This document shows positions 43,776-53,861 of a stretch of DNA of 64,000 nt, one piece after another. The stretch comes from Candidatus Parcubacteria bacterium (lineage in GTDB: Bacteria; Patescibacteriota; Minisyncoccia; Phycocordibacterales; UBA918). The stretch covers positions 43,853 through 107,852 of the forward strand of contig JBJOPW010000002.1 of assembly GCA_046050355.1 (NCBI GenBank), written 5' to 3'. The notes beneath the pieces are model-generated. The model was not told the origin of the DNA and did no database searches. It saw only the letters and a list, made by a program, of their open reading frames with translations. Positions within the stretch are counted from its first letter, which is position 1. Each line of letters opens with the position of its first letter. The translations under genes were made by a program, and so were the position numbers.

Positions 43776-45722
43776 ATGCATATGTCAGGTATTAAAGATC
43801 AAGCAGAGCTTGATGAGATTCGCAAACGTCTCTATGAACGTGGTGGTCAGCCACGGGCAGCGAGCCGTGTTCACTTGGCTACCGATGAGCAAACGCCGGT
43901 GGCTCGAGAATGGCAGGCTCCTGCTGTCCCGCCCAAAGCACCAACCGAAATGCTTCAACCTCGTGCTGAAGCTAAGCCGTTTGTAGTAAAACGGAAGACG
44001 TATCGATCAATTATTATTTTAGCAACACTGGCCATATTTCTATTGGTGTTAGGGGTGACCGGCCTCTATATGTTCCTCGGTAATAATCAGATTTCAAACG
44101 AGAATATCAACGTCACGATTTCTGGTCCGATTACCGTTGGAGGAGGGGAAACACTACCACTTGAAATTACATTAGAAAATAAAAATACCGTTTCTATTGA
44201 AGGTGCTGTCTTGATAGTAAATTTACCCCCCGGTACAAAAACAGCCGGAGAGAACCCGCAAGATATGCTAGAGGAACGTATATCAGTAGGTTCTGTTGGT
44301 GCTGGTGAGGTAATTACTCTGCCACTTAATGCGGTGATATTCGGTGAAGAGAATCAAGAACGACAAGTCAAAGCGACCATTGAGTATCGCCTCATTGGAT
44401 CAAACGGGACCTTTTATAAAGAGTCAGAGCCGTTCAATTTCAAAATTAACTCTTCGCCGGTTGTGATTAGAGTTAATACGTTAAAAAAAGTCTCCGCGGG
44501 ACAAGAAATTGAAGTCGAATTGCAGGTACAATCAAACGCATCAGCGCCTCTTAAGGATATTTTGGTACAAGCTGATTATCCAAACAACTTTGACTTTAGT
44601 CGCTCCGAGCCAAATCCAATGTATCGTGAGAGTGCCTGGCTGCTTGATGAAATCAAGCCAGAAGAAACAAAAAAGATCAAAATATATGGAGTGATTGTTG
44701 GTCAGCAGGCTGAGGAGTTCCAGCTTAAGTTTAGCGCTGGAACCCCAAAGCCTGAAAATCAATTTGAAGTAGGATCTATCCTCACTGTTGCCAATGCCGA
44801 TTTTATCATTGAGCAACCTTTTATTAATGTGGGCTTAAGTGTTAATGATACCGAGAGTGAAATTGTGACTACCAAAATCGGTTCGCAGACAAATGTAGCG
44901 GTGACTGTCCGTAACACACTCACCGATACGCTCTATGATATGGCCGTTGAGGTAAAGGTGGCTGGTAATGTACTCATACGTGACCGGGTCAATGTACAGC
45001 GTGGTTATTATGATTCGGTAAAGGATGTTATTCGTTTTGATCCATCTGGTGATAGCGACCTTTCAGAGGTTTCGCCTGGTGAGAGTAAAACGTTCACGTT
45101 CACCCTTAATCCTGGTGACCAAGTGAACACTCCATCCTTTAATCTAACAGCCAATGCGTACGCAAGACGTGTGTCTGAATCGCAAGCAACTGAACAATTA
45201 GTTGGTACCGCCAAAACAGAGGTGAAATTCACTTCAGCAGTCCGCATTAATCGTGAGTTGGGGCGTAATAATAGTTTTGTTGAGAGTGGGCCGTTCCCGC
45301 CGGTAGCTGACCAAGCGACCACCTATACCGTTACTCTCATTGCGGGAGCTGGAGGTAATGATGTGACCGGCGCCACGGTGGCGACAGCGCTCCCACAATA
45401 TGTGTCGTGGCAAAATCAATCTGCCGGCGATGGCACGGTGTCATTTAATCCGGTCTCCAAAGAGATTGTTTGGTCGATTGGCGACATTGAAGCTGGTAAA
45501 GACAAACAAATAAAGTTTCAAGTGAGTATTTTGCCAAGCCAGACACAGATTGGTAGTGCGCCGGCCATTCTCGCCGCTAGCCGCTTTAGAGCGACAGATC
45601 GATTTACTGGCGATGTGGTACGAGCTGATGCTGCGCCACTTTCAACCGAACTCTCCACCGAAGCCGGCTTTGAAAAAGATAATGGTGTGATTAGACGGAG
45701 TGTTGGGGCTTCGCTTGAGTAA
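43776..45722 (+). CDS. Large single-TM surface protein with repeated beta-rich domains.
   Basis: One TM near aa 85-110, then about 530 aa of Thr/Val/Asn-rich repeats with a CARDB/DUF11-like pattern. Confidence 0.5.
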   Translation: MHMSGIKDQAELDEIRKRLYERGGQPRAASRVHLATDEQTPVAREWQAPAVPPKAPTEMLQPRAEAKPFVVKRKTYRSIIILATLAIFLLVLGVTGLYMFLGNNQISNENINVTISGPITVGGGETLPLEITLENKNTVSIEGAVLIVNLPPGTKTAGENPQDMLEERISVGSVGAGEVITLPLNAVIFGEENQERQVKATIEYRLIGSNGTFYKESEPFNFKINSSPVVIRVNTLKKVSAGQEIEVELQVQSNASAPLKDILVQADYPNNFDFSRSEPNPMYRESAWLLDEIKPEETKKIKIYGVIVGQQAEEFQLKFSAGTPKPENQFEVGSILTVANADFIIEQPFINVGLSVNDTESEIVTTKIGSQTNVAVTVRNTLTDTLYDMAVEVKVAGNVLIRDRVNVQRGYYDSVKDVIRFDPSGDSDLSEVSPGESKTFTFTLNPGDQVNTPSFNLTANAYARRVSESQATEQLVGTAKTEVKFTSAVRINRELGRNNSFVESGPFPPVADQATTYTVTLIAGAGGNDVTGATVATALPQYVSWQNQSAGDGTVSFNPVSKEIVWSIGDIEAGKDKQIKFQVSILPSQTQIGSAPAILAASRFRATDRFTGDVVRADAAPLSTELSTEAGFEKDNGVIRRSVGASLE

Positions 45723-45848
45723 CGTTTTGGCGGACTGACTTTTTTGTGGTACAACAGTACCTGTAATCTATACATATATGTCAGCCGAAACCACATCGCC
45801 AACTACTGTCACTATGGATCCCGTTAGAAGTACTGACAAAGCATAATT

Positions 45849-47249
45849 TTGTATATGGACACAAATACTGTAAACCAAAAAACTTCTAATGGGATGGAGA
45901 AAATCACTGCGCTTTGTAAGCGTCGCGGGTTTGTCTTTCAGGGCTCTGATATCTACGGCGGACTCAAAGGGGCGTGGGACTTAGGTCCACTCGGGGTCGC
46001 GCTCAACAACCGCATCAAGAGTGAATGGTGGAAGATGTTTGTCGAAGGACGTGAAGATATGTACGGCCTTGATGCAGCGATTTTGATGAACGCCAAAGTC
46101 TGGGAGGTGTCTGGACACGTGGCCGGATTTGTTGATCCACTCGTCGAAGATACCGAAACCGGTGAGCGTTTTCGTGCGGACCATCTACTCAAGGACAATG
46201 GTATTGATGCCGACGGGCTTTCACTCGAAGCGATTGATGCCTTGATTCTTGAAAAGGGCATCAAAAGTCCAAAGGGTAATCCACTTTCAAAAGCCCGCAC
46301 CTTCAACATGATGTTCGAGACTCGGATTGGCGCCACTGCTGGTCCGGAGGGGCAGGTCTACCTCCGTCCCGAAACCGCTCAAGGTATTTTTGTAAACTTC
46401 AAAAATGTGATGGACAGTATGTCACCAAAGTTGCCGTTTGGTATTGGGCAAATCGGTAAGGCCTTTCGTAATGAAATTGCACCACGTGAATTCCTGTTCC
46501 GGGTGCGTGAATTTGAACAAATGGAAATCGAGTACTTCGTCCGACCTGAGGAGTGGGAAGCCAAGTTCGAAGAGTGGCGACAGGCTATCTGGGCGTGGTT
46601 TGACCACCTTGGTCTCTCCCGTGCAAATGTGCAGGAGTTTGAAGTGCCCGAAAACGACCTCGCTCACTACAGTAAGCGGACAATCGATTTTGAGTATAAT
46701 TTTCCTGGCAAGGGCTTTGATGAGCTCGCTGGTTTTGCCTACCGCACCGACTTCGATCTCCGCGCGCACATGGCGGGGAGTGGTCAGTCGCTTGAGTATG
46801 TCGAAGCCGATGGGACGAAGCTCGTGCCACATGTCCTTGAACCATCGTTCGGGGTTGGTCGTGCCTTGACTGCGGTCCTCTGCGAAGCCTACCGCGAAGA
46901 CGAGGTGAATGGGGAAGTCCGTACCTACCTCGCTCTCCCGACACATCTTGCACCATACCGGGCCTGTGTCTCACCATTGTTAAAGAACAAACCAGAGTTG
47001 GTGGACAAAGCACGGGGAGTATTTCAGCTTCTCAAAAAAGAGTTTGGTAATGTTGCCTGGGATGACAATGGCAACGTCGGCAAGCGCTACCGTCGCCAAG
47101 ACGAAATTGGTACCCCGTACTGTATTGTCATCGACTTTGATACTCTTGGCGAAAACCCTGACCTCCTCGACACCGTCACCATCCGCCACCGTGATACTGG
47201 GGAGCAGGAGCGGGTAGCGATTGCAGACCTTGTCAGTCGCCTCAAATAA
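45849..47249 (+). CDS. glyQS: Glycyl-tRNA synthetase, dimeric alpha2 (eukaryote/archaeal-like) type.
   Basis: ALCKRRGFVFQGSDIYGGLKGAWDLGPLGVALNNRIKSEWWKMFV closely matches the GlyRS N-terminal signature. Class II motifs (FRNEIAPR). C-terminal anticodon-binding domain. Confidence 0.85.
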   Translation: MYMDTNTVNQKTSNGMEKITALCKRRGFVFQGSDIYGGLKGAWDLGPLGVALNNRIKSEWWKMFVEGREDMYGLDAAILMNAKVWEVSGHVAGFVDPLVEDTETGERFRADHLLKDNGIDADGLSLEAIDALILEKGIKSPKGNPLSKARTFNMMFETRIGATAGPEGQVYLRPETAQGIFVNFKNVMDSMSPKLPFGIGQIGKAFRNEIAPREFLFRVREFEQMEIEYFVRPEEWEAKFEEWRQAIWAWFDHLGLSRANVQEFEVPENDLAHYSKRTIDFEYNFPGKGFDELAGFAYRTDFDLRAHMAGSGQSLEYVEADGTKLVPHVLEPSFGVGRALTAVLCEAYREDEVNGEVRTYLALPTHLAPYRACVSPLLKNKPELVDKARGVFQLLKKEFGNVAWDDNGNVGKRYRRQDEIGTPYCIVIDFDTLGENPDLLDTVTIRHRDTGEQERVAIADLVSRLK

Positions 47250-47438
47250 CTATATTCTGGAGCTACCACAGTCGAAACCGACGATGACTTATGGGCGTGC
47301 CTGATGACTGTTCGGGTGCAGATACTGGTATAGTGCGTGAAACGATGTGCCAGGAGTAGATTGTGGGAGGGGTGATGTTGGTGATGATCCGGTATGTGAT
47401 CAAGTTTCATCAACATCACCCCTTATGTTTTCTGTAAC

Positions 47439-47603
47439 TCAATGGGTGAGGCGAAACATCACCCAGATACCAACGAGGGCGCCGACGGCATTGCCGATGA
47501 TAGAGGCAAACGAGAACAAGCTATCACCCCAGAGCGCTGGGATATAGCCACCGATAAGACCGCCTACAAACATCCCAAAATAGATAGCTCGTCGTGAATC
47601 CAT
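47439..47603 (-). CDS. GlsB/YeaQ/YmgE-like small membrane protein (54 aa).
   Basis: MDSRRAIYFGMFVGGLIGGYIPALWGDSLFSFASIIGNAVGALVGIWVMFRLTH. Gly-zipper two-TM pattern. Followed on its strand by a 13-bp perfect inverted repeat (47362-47420). Confidence 0.4.
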   Translation of the reverse strand: MDSRRAIYFGMFVGGLIGGYIPALWGDSLFSFASIIGNAVGALVGIWVMFRLTH

Positions 47604-47668
47604 GAGATAAGTATACCGTACTGGGGCAGGGTTTGTATTTTGCTATTTCGTGGTACAGTATTTTGACT

Positions 47669-49108
47669 ATGGCAGACAAAAAAGCCCGATATATTACCAC
47701 CACCTTACCGTATGTGAACGCGGACCCACACATCGGTTTTGCGTATGAAATTGTAAATGCCGATGCACTCGCTCGGTACTGGCGCCTGATGGGGGACGAG
47801 GTATTTTTTAATACTGGTACCGATGAGCACGGGCAGAAGATTGCCCAGAAGGCTGACGAAAAAGGCGAGAGTCGCCAGGCCTATGTCGATCACTACGCGG
47901 GCGAGTTCAAGCGTCTTGGTGATGCCCTCAATCTCTCTTTTGATGCCTTCATCCGTACCACTGATGCTGGTCATGTGGCTGCAGCGCAAGAAATCTGGCG
48001 CCGCTGTGTCGCACAAGGCGATATCTACAAAAAGTCTTATAGTGGTCACTACTGTGTTGGGTGTGAGCTGTTTTATAAGCCCGAAGAGCTCCTCCCAGGT
48101 AATGTCTGTCCGATTCACATCACCCCGTGTCAGGTGATTGAGGAAGAGAACTATTTCTTCAAACTTTCAAACTATCAAGCGTACCTCGAGGAGTACCTTA
48201 GTCGCGAAGGAGTCATCGAGCCTGAGTGGCGTCGCCAAGAAGCGATTAACTTTGTAAAAGCTGGACTCGAAGACTTTAGTATCTCGCGTGAGAAAGCACG
48301 CCTTGATTGGGGTATCCCCGTGCCGGGTGATGAGAACCAAGTGATGTACGTCTGGTTTGATGCCCTCACAAACTATATCTCGACTCTCGGCTGGCCCGAT
48401 GAGTCTGGTGCCTTTGGTAAGTTCTGGCGCGACGGGGAGGTGATGCAAGTGGCCGGCAAAGACCAGGTGCGCTTCCAATCAATTATGTGGCAGGCAATGC
48501 TGAAGAGTGCGGGAGTGAAGGCAACCGATAAGGTGGTCTACCACGGCTTTATCAATAGTGGGGGACAGAAGATGAGTAAGTCCTTGGGGAACGTCATTTC
48601 ACCATACGAACTGATTGCAAAATATGGTACCGACGCAACGCGGTACCTCCTCCTTCGCCACGTCCATCCCTTTGATGACAGTGATGTCACCTGGGAGAAA
48701 CTCGATGAGTGGTATACCGCCAACCTCGTAAATGGCCTTGGTAACCTGGTCGCCCGCGTGATGAAGATGGCGGAGACGCATCTTGATACTCCAGTTGAAC
48801 GACCAGAAGCAATCGACTTTGCATCAGAGTACACCGACGCATTTGCTGCATATAACCTCCAGCAGGTTTGTGACTATGTTTGGTCACGAGTGGGCGCACT
48901 TGATGAGCGTATCGCTACCGAAGAACCGTTTAAACTCGTAAAGGTAGATAAAGAAAAAGCCCAAGCTATCATCCGCGAATTGGTGCTTGAGGTCTACAGC
49001 ATTGGTCGTTTCCTTAATCCACTCATGCCAGAAACCAACCGTATTATCAAAGAGACCGTTCTCGCGAACCAGAAGCCAGAAAATCTTTTTACTCGTCTCG
49101 AATCCTAG
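47669..49108 (+). CDS. metG: Methionyl-tRNA synthetase (short form).
   Basis: PYVNADPHIGFAYE (HIGH-region), CxxC zinc knuckle (CVGCE...CPIH), KMSKSLGN. Start trimmed to MADKKARY at 47669. Confidence 0.9.
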   Translation: MADKKARYITTTLPYVNADPHIGFAYEIVNADALARYWRLMGDEVFFNTGTDEHGQKIAQKADEKGESRQAYVDHYAGEFKRLGDALNLSFDAFIRTTDAGHVAAAQEIWRRCVAQGDIYKKSYSGHYCVGCELFYKPEELLPGNVCPIHITPCQVIEEENYFFKLSNYQAYLEEYLSREGVIEPEWRRQEAINFVKAGLEDFSISREKARLDWGIPVPGDENQVMYVWFDALTNYISTLGWPDESGAFGKFWRDGEVMQVAGKDQVRFQSIMWQAMLKSAGVKATDKVVYHGFINSGGQKMSKSLGNVISPYELIAKYGTDATRYLLLRHVHPFDDSDVTWEKLDEWYTANLVNGLGNLVARVMKMAETHLDTPVERPEAIDFASEYTDAFAAYNLQQVCDYVWSRVGALDERIATEEPFKLVKVDKEKAQAIIRELVLEVYSIGRFLNPLMPETNRIIKETVLANQKPENLFTRLES

Positions 49109-49111
49109 TCT

Positions 49112-49753
49112 ATGAAAATCTTTGTTTTTGGAGACAGTATTACCGAGGGTTACTTTGATACTGACAGTGGCGGTTGGTGCAATCGTCTTATTCAGTATGT
49201 AATGAAAAAGGAGTTAGAGACAGATTTTTCATACAATCGGCAAGTTTTCAATCTTGGTGTGGCGGGGAATACGAGCACTGATATCGTGGCAAGAATGGAG
49301 TCAGAGATTGAATCGAGATGTAAAAAGACTTCAAGTGAAGAAAAGGTTCTCATGATTGCTGTTGGCGTAAACGATAGCCAATACAATGTTGATACCAAAG
49401 AGACTAAAGTTCACATAAACCAGTTCGAGAATAATGTTCTCGAAATGATTAAAATTGGAAAAGAGCATCAAGCCAAGATTGTTGTGATTGGTCTATTACC
49501 TGTAGTTGAAAGATTAGTTCAACCAATGCCTTGGAAGCCGACACATGCTTACAGCAATCAAATGATCGATGTATACGATGATAAGCTAAAGGTAATTGGC
49601 GAAAACAACAGTTGCTCATTTATAAGTTTACAAAACATTTTTACAGATGACGTTGAGTCGTATTTTGTAGATGGGGTACATCCAAATGAAAAGGGACACG
49701 CACTTTTGGCAGAAAAAATTCACGAGGCATTAAAAATAGAATCAATTTTGTAA
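49112..49753 (+). CDS. SGNH/GDSL-family hydrolase.
   Basis: FVFGDSITEG (block I Ser), GVND..., DGVHPNEKGH (block V Asp-x-x-His). AT-rich relative to its neighbours. Confidence 0.7.
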   Translation: MKIFVFGDSITEGYFDTDSGGWCNRLIQYVMKKELETDFSYNRQVFNLGVAGNTSTDIVARMESEIESRCKKTSSEEKVLMIAVGVNDSQYNVDTKETKVHINQFENNVLEMIKIGKEHQAKIVVIGLLPVVERLVQPMPWKPTHAYSNQMIDVYDDKLKVIGENNSCSFISLQNIFTDDVESYFVDGVHPNEKGHALLAEKIHEALKIESIL

Positions 49754-49754
49754 T

Positions 49755-50003
49755 ATGACTACAACTGAAACAATTGAAGAACGAAATCGTCGAGTAGAAC
49801 TTGATAAAGCCTGGGAGACCAGCAAGACACGTCGCTTCTGTATTGCCACTGTTACATATATGATCGCAACATTATTCATGTGGCGAATCGGTGTACCAGA
49901 TCCGTTCATCAATGCACTCGTGCCAACTGGTGGTTACCTACTCTCCACACTCTCATTACCTTTTATTAAAGCGTGGTGGGTTCAGCGATATGGAAACAAA
50001 TAA
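49755..50003 (+). CDS. Small membrane protein (82 aa).
   Basis: Two hydrophobic helices. 1-nt gap after the upstream gene. Overlaps the next gene by 14 nt. Confidence 0.35.
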   Translation: MTTTETIEERNRRVELDKAWETSKTRRFCIATVTYMIATLFMWRIGVPDPFINALVPTGGYLLSTLSLPFIKAWWVQRYGNK

Positions 50004-50586
50004 ACCACAAGTCGTATTCATACACGGTGGGGATGCTATCCGTGATCCGGAAAAGCTCTACCGATTACTGAAGAACCGGTCATTTAATCCGTACGAACAA
50101 AAGAAAAAATGGCGAGACGAACTCATAGAGCATATTGAAAGTGATTTTGAGTGCCATACACTCTCGATGCCAAATGCGTTTTGGGCAGACTACGAAGCGT
50201 GGAAGATTTGGTTTGAAAAAATGCTACCATACATGCGTGATGGCATTATCCTGGTCGGACACTCGCTTGGTGGGGGATTTCTCTTGCGATACCTCGGCGA
50301 AAATACCTTGCCAGTCCGAGTAGCGCAGGTACACCTCCTGGCACCAGTGGTACTTGAGCTCGAAGACTGCGAAGGCTTTTTGATTGATGTCGACACCTGG
50401 TCAGGTTTCAAAACTGCCATAGACGCCGTACATGTCTGGCACTCAATGGACGATAACCTCGTGCCAATTGCCCATAGTGAGAAGTTGATAGAACTCTACC
50501 CGGCAGCTCATTTTCATCCTTTCACCAACTACGGACATTTTCTCATGGAGTCATTTCCAGAATTGGAAACCGTTATCACAACATAA
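49990..50586 (+). CDS. Alpha/beta-hydrolase-fold serine hydrolase (YdeN/FSH1-like).
   Basis: VVFIHGG..., GHSLGG nucleophile elbow, C-terminal His (NYGHF). Start trimmed to METNKPQV. Confidence 0.6.
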   Translation: METNKPQVVFIHGGDAIRDPEKLYRLLKNRSFNPYEQKKKWRDELIEHIESDFECHTLSMPNAFWADYEAWKIWFEKMLPYMRDGIILVGHSLGGGFLLRYLGENTLPVRVAQVHLLAPVVLELEDCEGFLIDVDTWSGFKTAIDAVHVWHSMDDNLVPIAHSEKLIELYPAAHFHPFTNYGHFLMESFPELETVITT

Positions 50587-50587
50587 T

Positions 50588-51121
50588 ATGCGACACTTAA
50601 TTGTATTACCGGGGAATAGTCAAAAAAATAAAGCCTGGGGCGAATTGATGCTCGAGCACTACGCTCCAGAGTTTGATTCATCGTTCATGCTTGAGTACGA
50701 TCATTGGGAGAGTGAGAAGACCACTATAGATTTTGCCCGAGAAGAAGATAAGCTCCGTACTCACGTAGCGACACTGCCGTCAAATACTGATGTTGTACTC
50801 TTTGCGAAGTCAGCGGGATCACTTTTGGCTTTCCTGGCTATCCACCATGGAGCTATTACACCAAACTACTGTGTCCTCTTTGGGATTCCATTTGACCTAG
50901 CGGCAGATAATCTTTTCAAAGATCATTGGTCACCGGTTGATAGTTTTGGAGTCAAAGCGATCGCGTTTCATAATCTGGCCGACCCGACCACCAGCTACGA
51001 GTTCACCAAGTCGATACTTGGTACACACGCTCCACAGATCACACTTATTACCACTAATGAAACGGACCATTGGTATGGAGATATTGCTACATATAGTCCA
51101 TCTATAGCTGCACTCTTGTAA
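50588..51121 (+). CDS. Hypothetical alpha/beta-hydrolase-like protein.
   Basis: LFAKSAGS (G-x-S-x-G-like) and DHW motifs. 1-nt gap to the upstream paralogous-type gene. Confidence 0.4.
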   Translation: MRHLIVLPGNSQKNKAWGELMLEHYAPEFDSSFMLEYDHWESEKTTIDFAREEDKLRTHVATLPSNTDVVLFAKSAGSLLAFLAIHHGAITPNYCVLFGIPFDLAADNLFKDHWSPVDSFGVKAIAFHNLADPTTSYEFTKSILGTHAPQITLITTNETDHWYGDIATYSPSIAALL

Positions 51122-51129
51122 ACAATTCT

Positions 51130-51975
51130 ATGAAATACATTGACACCCATGCCCATCTCAATCTCGCGGCCTTCCACGATGATGTGGATGCCGTGGTGGC
51201 ACGCTGTGTCGCTGAGGAAGTCGGTGTTATCAATATTGGTACGAAGCTCACGACAAGCCTACGGGCAGTAGAGCTTGCAGCACGCTATGACAATATGTAT
51301 GCGATAGTCGGGCTCCACCCGATTCAGACGGTGCCCGGCACTCATGATGAGGATGAGATAGGGGAAGGTGGGCAACCGTTTATTAGTCGAGGTGAGACAT
51401 TTGATGTGGCTGCTTTTCGTGTGCTCGCACAGTCACCAAAGGTAGTCGGGATAGGTGAGTGCGGTTTTGACTACTGGCACTGCCCAAAGGAGACATACGA
51501 AATCCAGGAGACGGCTTTTCTCGAACAGATCAAACTCGCTAACGAACTAGAGTTACCGCTCATGATCCACACCCGCGGGCCAAAGCCAGGGGAGGAGAGT
51601 CCAACAGGCCGGAGTGTCTACGAGGATGTCTACGAGATATTGAAGAACCATGCCAAGGTGCCGTTTAATGTGCATTTCTATGCTGGTACTGTTGAAGAAG
51701 CTAAGGCGTTTATCGATATTGGCGGCACCGTCTCATTCACTGGTGTGATTACCTTCGCAAAAGCCTACGAAGAGATTATTAAAGCGCTCCCGTTCGATAA
51801 GATTCATGCTGAGACGGATTGTCCGTATGTGGCACCGATACCGTATCGCGGACAACGCTGCGAACCATGGATGGTCAAGGAGGTATATAAGAAGATTGCG
51901 GCAATCAGAAGTGAAGACGAGGAGGTGGTATACGGCACACTGCTCGAGAATGCCAAACGCTGGTATAAGATCTAA
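51130..51975 (+). CDS. tatD: TatD-family metal-dependent DNase/hydrolase.
   Basis: MKYIDTHAHLN N-terminal His pair, GECGFDYWH, HTR..., ETDCPY motifs. Confidence 0.85.
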   Translation: MKYIDTHAHLNLAAFHDDVDAVVARCVAEEVGVINIGTKLTTSLRAVELAARYDNMYAIVGLHPIQTVPGTHDEDEIGEGGQPFISRGETFDVAAFRVLAQSPKVVGIGECGFDYWHCPKETYEIQETAFLEQIKLANELELPLMIHTRGPKPGEESPTGRSVYEDVYEILKNHAKVPFNVHFYAGTVEEAKAFIDIGGTVSFTGVITFAKAYEEIIKALPFDKIHAETDCPYVAPIPYRGQRCEPWMVKEVYKKIAAIRSEDEEVVYGTLLENAKRWYKI

Positions 51976-52063
51976 AACTGCCAAACTGGCCGGGAGTTGA
52001 TTTCACATAGTTTTGCTTTTTGTTTCTAGTATACTTTGAGGAGGTATTACATAATCATTAACT

Positions 52064-53854
52064 ATGGAACTATTAATTGTGTTGGTGGTTGGATATGTCT
52101 TTATTTTTCCAATCTACCTGTTGGTACGTCTCAATCAACTTAGTCGTGAGGTAAAAGAGTTACGCGAGGGTCGTAGTCAGGGGACACCCGCAATTAGTAA
52201 CAGTGCCACGATACCGTCGACGCCATTACCAACAACCCCGGTAGCGCCGGCATCAACAGTGACTCCAATACCGGAAGTCAGCCACCTTGCAGTCGGCTTA
52301 CGTCCACAGCCGGTCTTAGTTCCGAACGCAGTAGCCAGTACTGCCAATCACCAAGGATTTGATTTGGTTGCCTGGTTCAAGAAAGACCTATTGGTAAAGG
52401 TCGGCGCACTGCTGCTCCTTATTGGCTTTGGGTGGTTTTTGAGTTTTGCCTTCAGTAATGGACTCATTGGTCCCCGCGGACAAATATCGCTTGGTATTCT
52501 CGCGGGCATCATTTTCATGGTGGTCGGGGTATGGCGCTTATCACGTTCGGTACACCAGGCTGGTATCTTTGTGATACTGGGCTCGGGGATTGTGCTCATG
52601 ACGGTCTTTTCGGCTCGACTCATTTATGACTTCTTTACTCCAACCACGGCACTGATTACGATGTTTATGTCAATTGCGCTCGTTGCCTTTGTAGCGGTGC
52701 GAGCTAAGAGTCAAAACATCGCCATTGTTGGGTTACTCATGGGGGCGGCGGTACCATACCTGACCTATACGCCAGAGCCATCAGTGATTGGACTCTTTGC
52801 GTATCTGGCAGTGTTGGTGCTTGGTAGTCTTTGGGTGATGTTCCAGATCAAGTCCGAATGGTTGCTGTTCGTGGCGCTGTCGATTGTCTTTCTCTTTAGT
52901 GCTCCGTATATGGAGTACGGCACCGGGGATGATTCAATGATTGTACTCTTGTTTAGCTTTGGCTTTACGCTCATCTTTTTCCTTGGCAGTCTGGTGTCGT
53001 TTATCCGTCGTCAGGCCGTTGCAGCACATGGTATTCATATGATTACCGCGGCTGGTACTGGACTCTACTTGGCGACGAGTATCACTGCTATGGCGCCCGA
53101 ATCGTGGCAGGCATCACTCTACGCGATGTGGATGGTCGTATTTGCGACCGGAGCGTTCCTCGTATTTCGGTTCGCAAACGACCGTATCCCGTTTTATGTC
53201 TATAGCGCGGTGAGTATTGGTCTCTTGGGTGCTGCGACCGCTTCGTTACTTGAAGGGTATGCACTGACCATTGCCCTCACGCTCGAGATTACCGCCGTTG
53301 TATCGCTCGCAGCTCTCTTTACCAAAGAGCAGAAGATTACTCAGAGTCTCTGCTTCTTGTTTGCGCTCCCAGTACTGCTGTCGGTGGAGAGTATTACTGC
53401 TTCCAATTGGAACAGTGGCTTTCTACACTCTGACTTCTTTGTGCTGGCGTCACTTATCCTAGGGCTCGCGTTTGCAGCTTCGCTACTCAACACCCAGTAC
53501 CGTCGTGGGGTGCTGATTGATGCTTCAGCTGCGCAAGCCCTTGCTGGTTTTGCTGGCGGGTACGGGGTCATCTTGGTGTGGCTTATTACTCATAGTGTCT
53601 TGACTGATGACACGGCCACCCTTGTGTCGTTAGTGTTGTATACGCTTACCGGTATGGCGCTCTACATCCGCGGCGTCACCATAGCGAGCAGTCAGCTCAA
53701 AGTCTGGGGTGGGATACTCATTGGTTTGGTCGTCGGCCGACTTCTCCTTATCGATGTGTGGGACATGGATATCGTTGGTCGTATCATCACGTTCTTCGTG
53801 ATTGGCTTACTCCTCATCTCAACGGCGTTTATCCGAAAGTTTAATCAATCATAA
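52064..53854 (+). CDS. Large polytopic membrane protein (DUF2339-like architecture).
   Basis: N-terminal helix plus charged linker, a Pro/Thr-rich segment, then about 14 TM helices. Confidence 0.55.
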   Translation: MELLIVLVVGYVFIFPIYLLVRLNQLSREVKELREGRSQGTPAISNSATIPSTPLPTTPVAPASTVTPIPEVSHLAVGLRPQPVLVPNAVASTANHQGFDLVAWFKKDLLVKVGALLLLIGFGWFLSFAFSNGLIGPRGQISLGILAGIIFMVVGVWRLSRSVHQAGIFVILGSGIVLMTVFSARLIYDFFTPTTALITMFMSIALVAFVAVRAKSQNIAIVGLLMGAAVPYLTYTPEPSVIGLFAYLAVLVLGSLWVMFQIKSEWLLFVALSIVFLFSAPYMEYGTGDDSMIVLLFSFGFTLIFFLGSLVSFIRRQAVAAHGIHMITAAGTGLYLATSITAMAPESWQASLYAMWMVVFATGAFLVFRFANDRIPFYVYSAVSIGLLGAATASLLEGYALTIALTLEITAVVSLAALFTKEQKITQSLCFLFALPVLLSVESITASNWNSGFLHSDFFVLASLILGLAFAASLLNTQYRRGVLIDASAAQALAGFAGGYGVILVWLITHSVLTDDTATLVSLVLYTLTGMALYIRGVTIASSQLKVWGGILIGLVVGRLLLIDVWDMDIVGRIITFFVIGLLLISTAFIRKFNQS

Positions 53855-53861
53855 ATCACGT

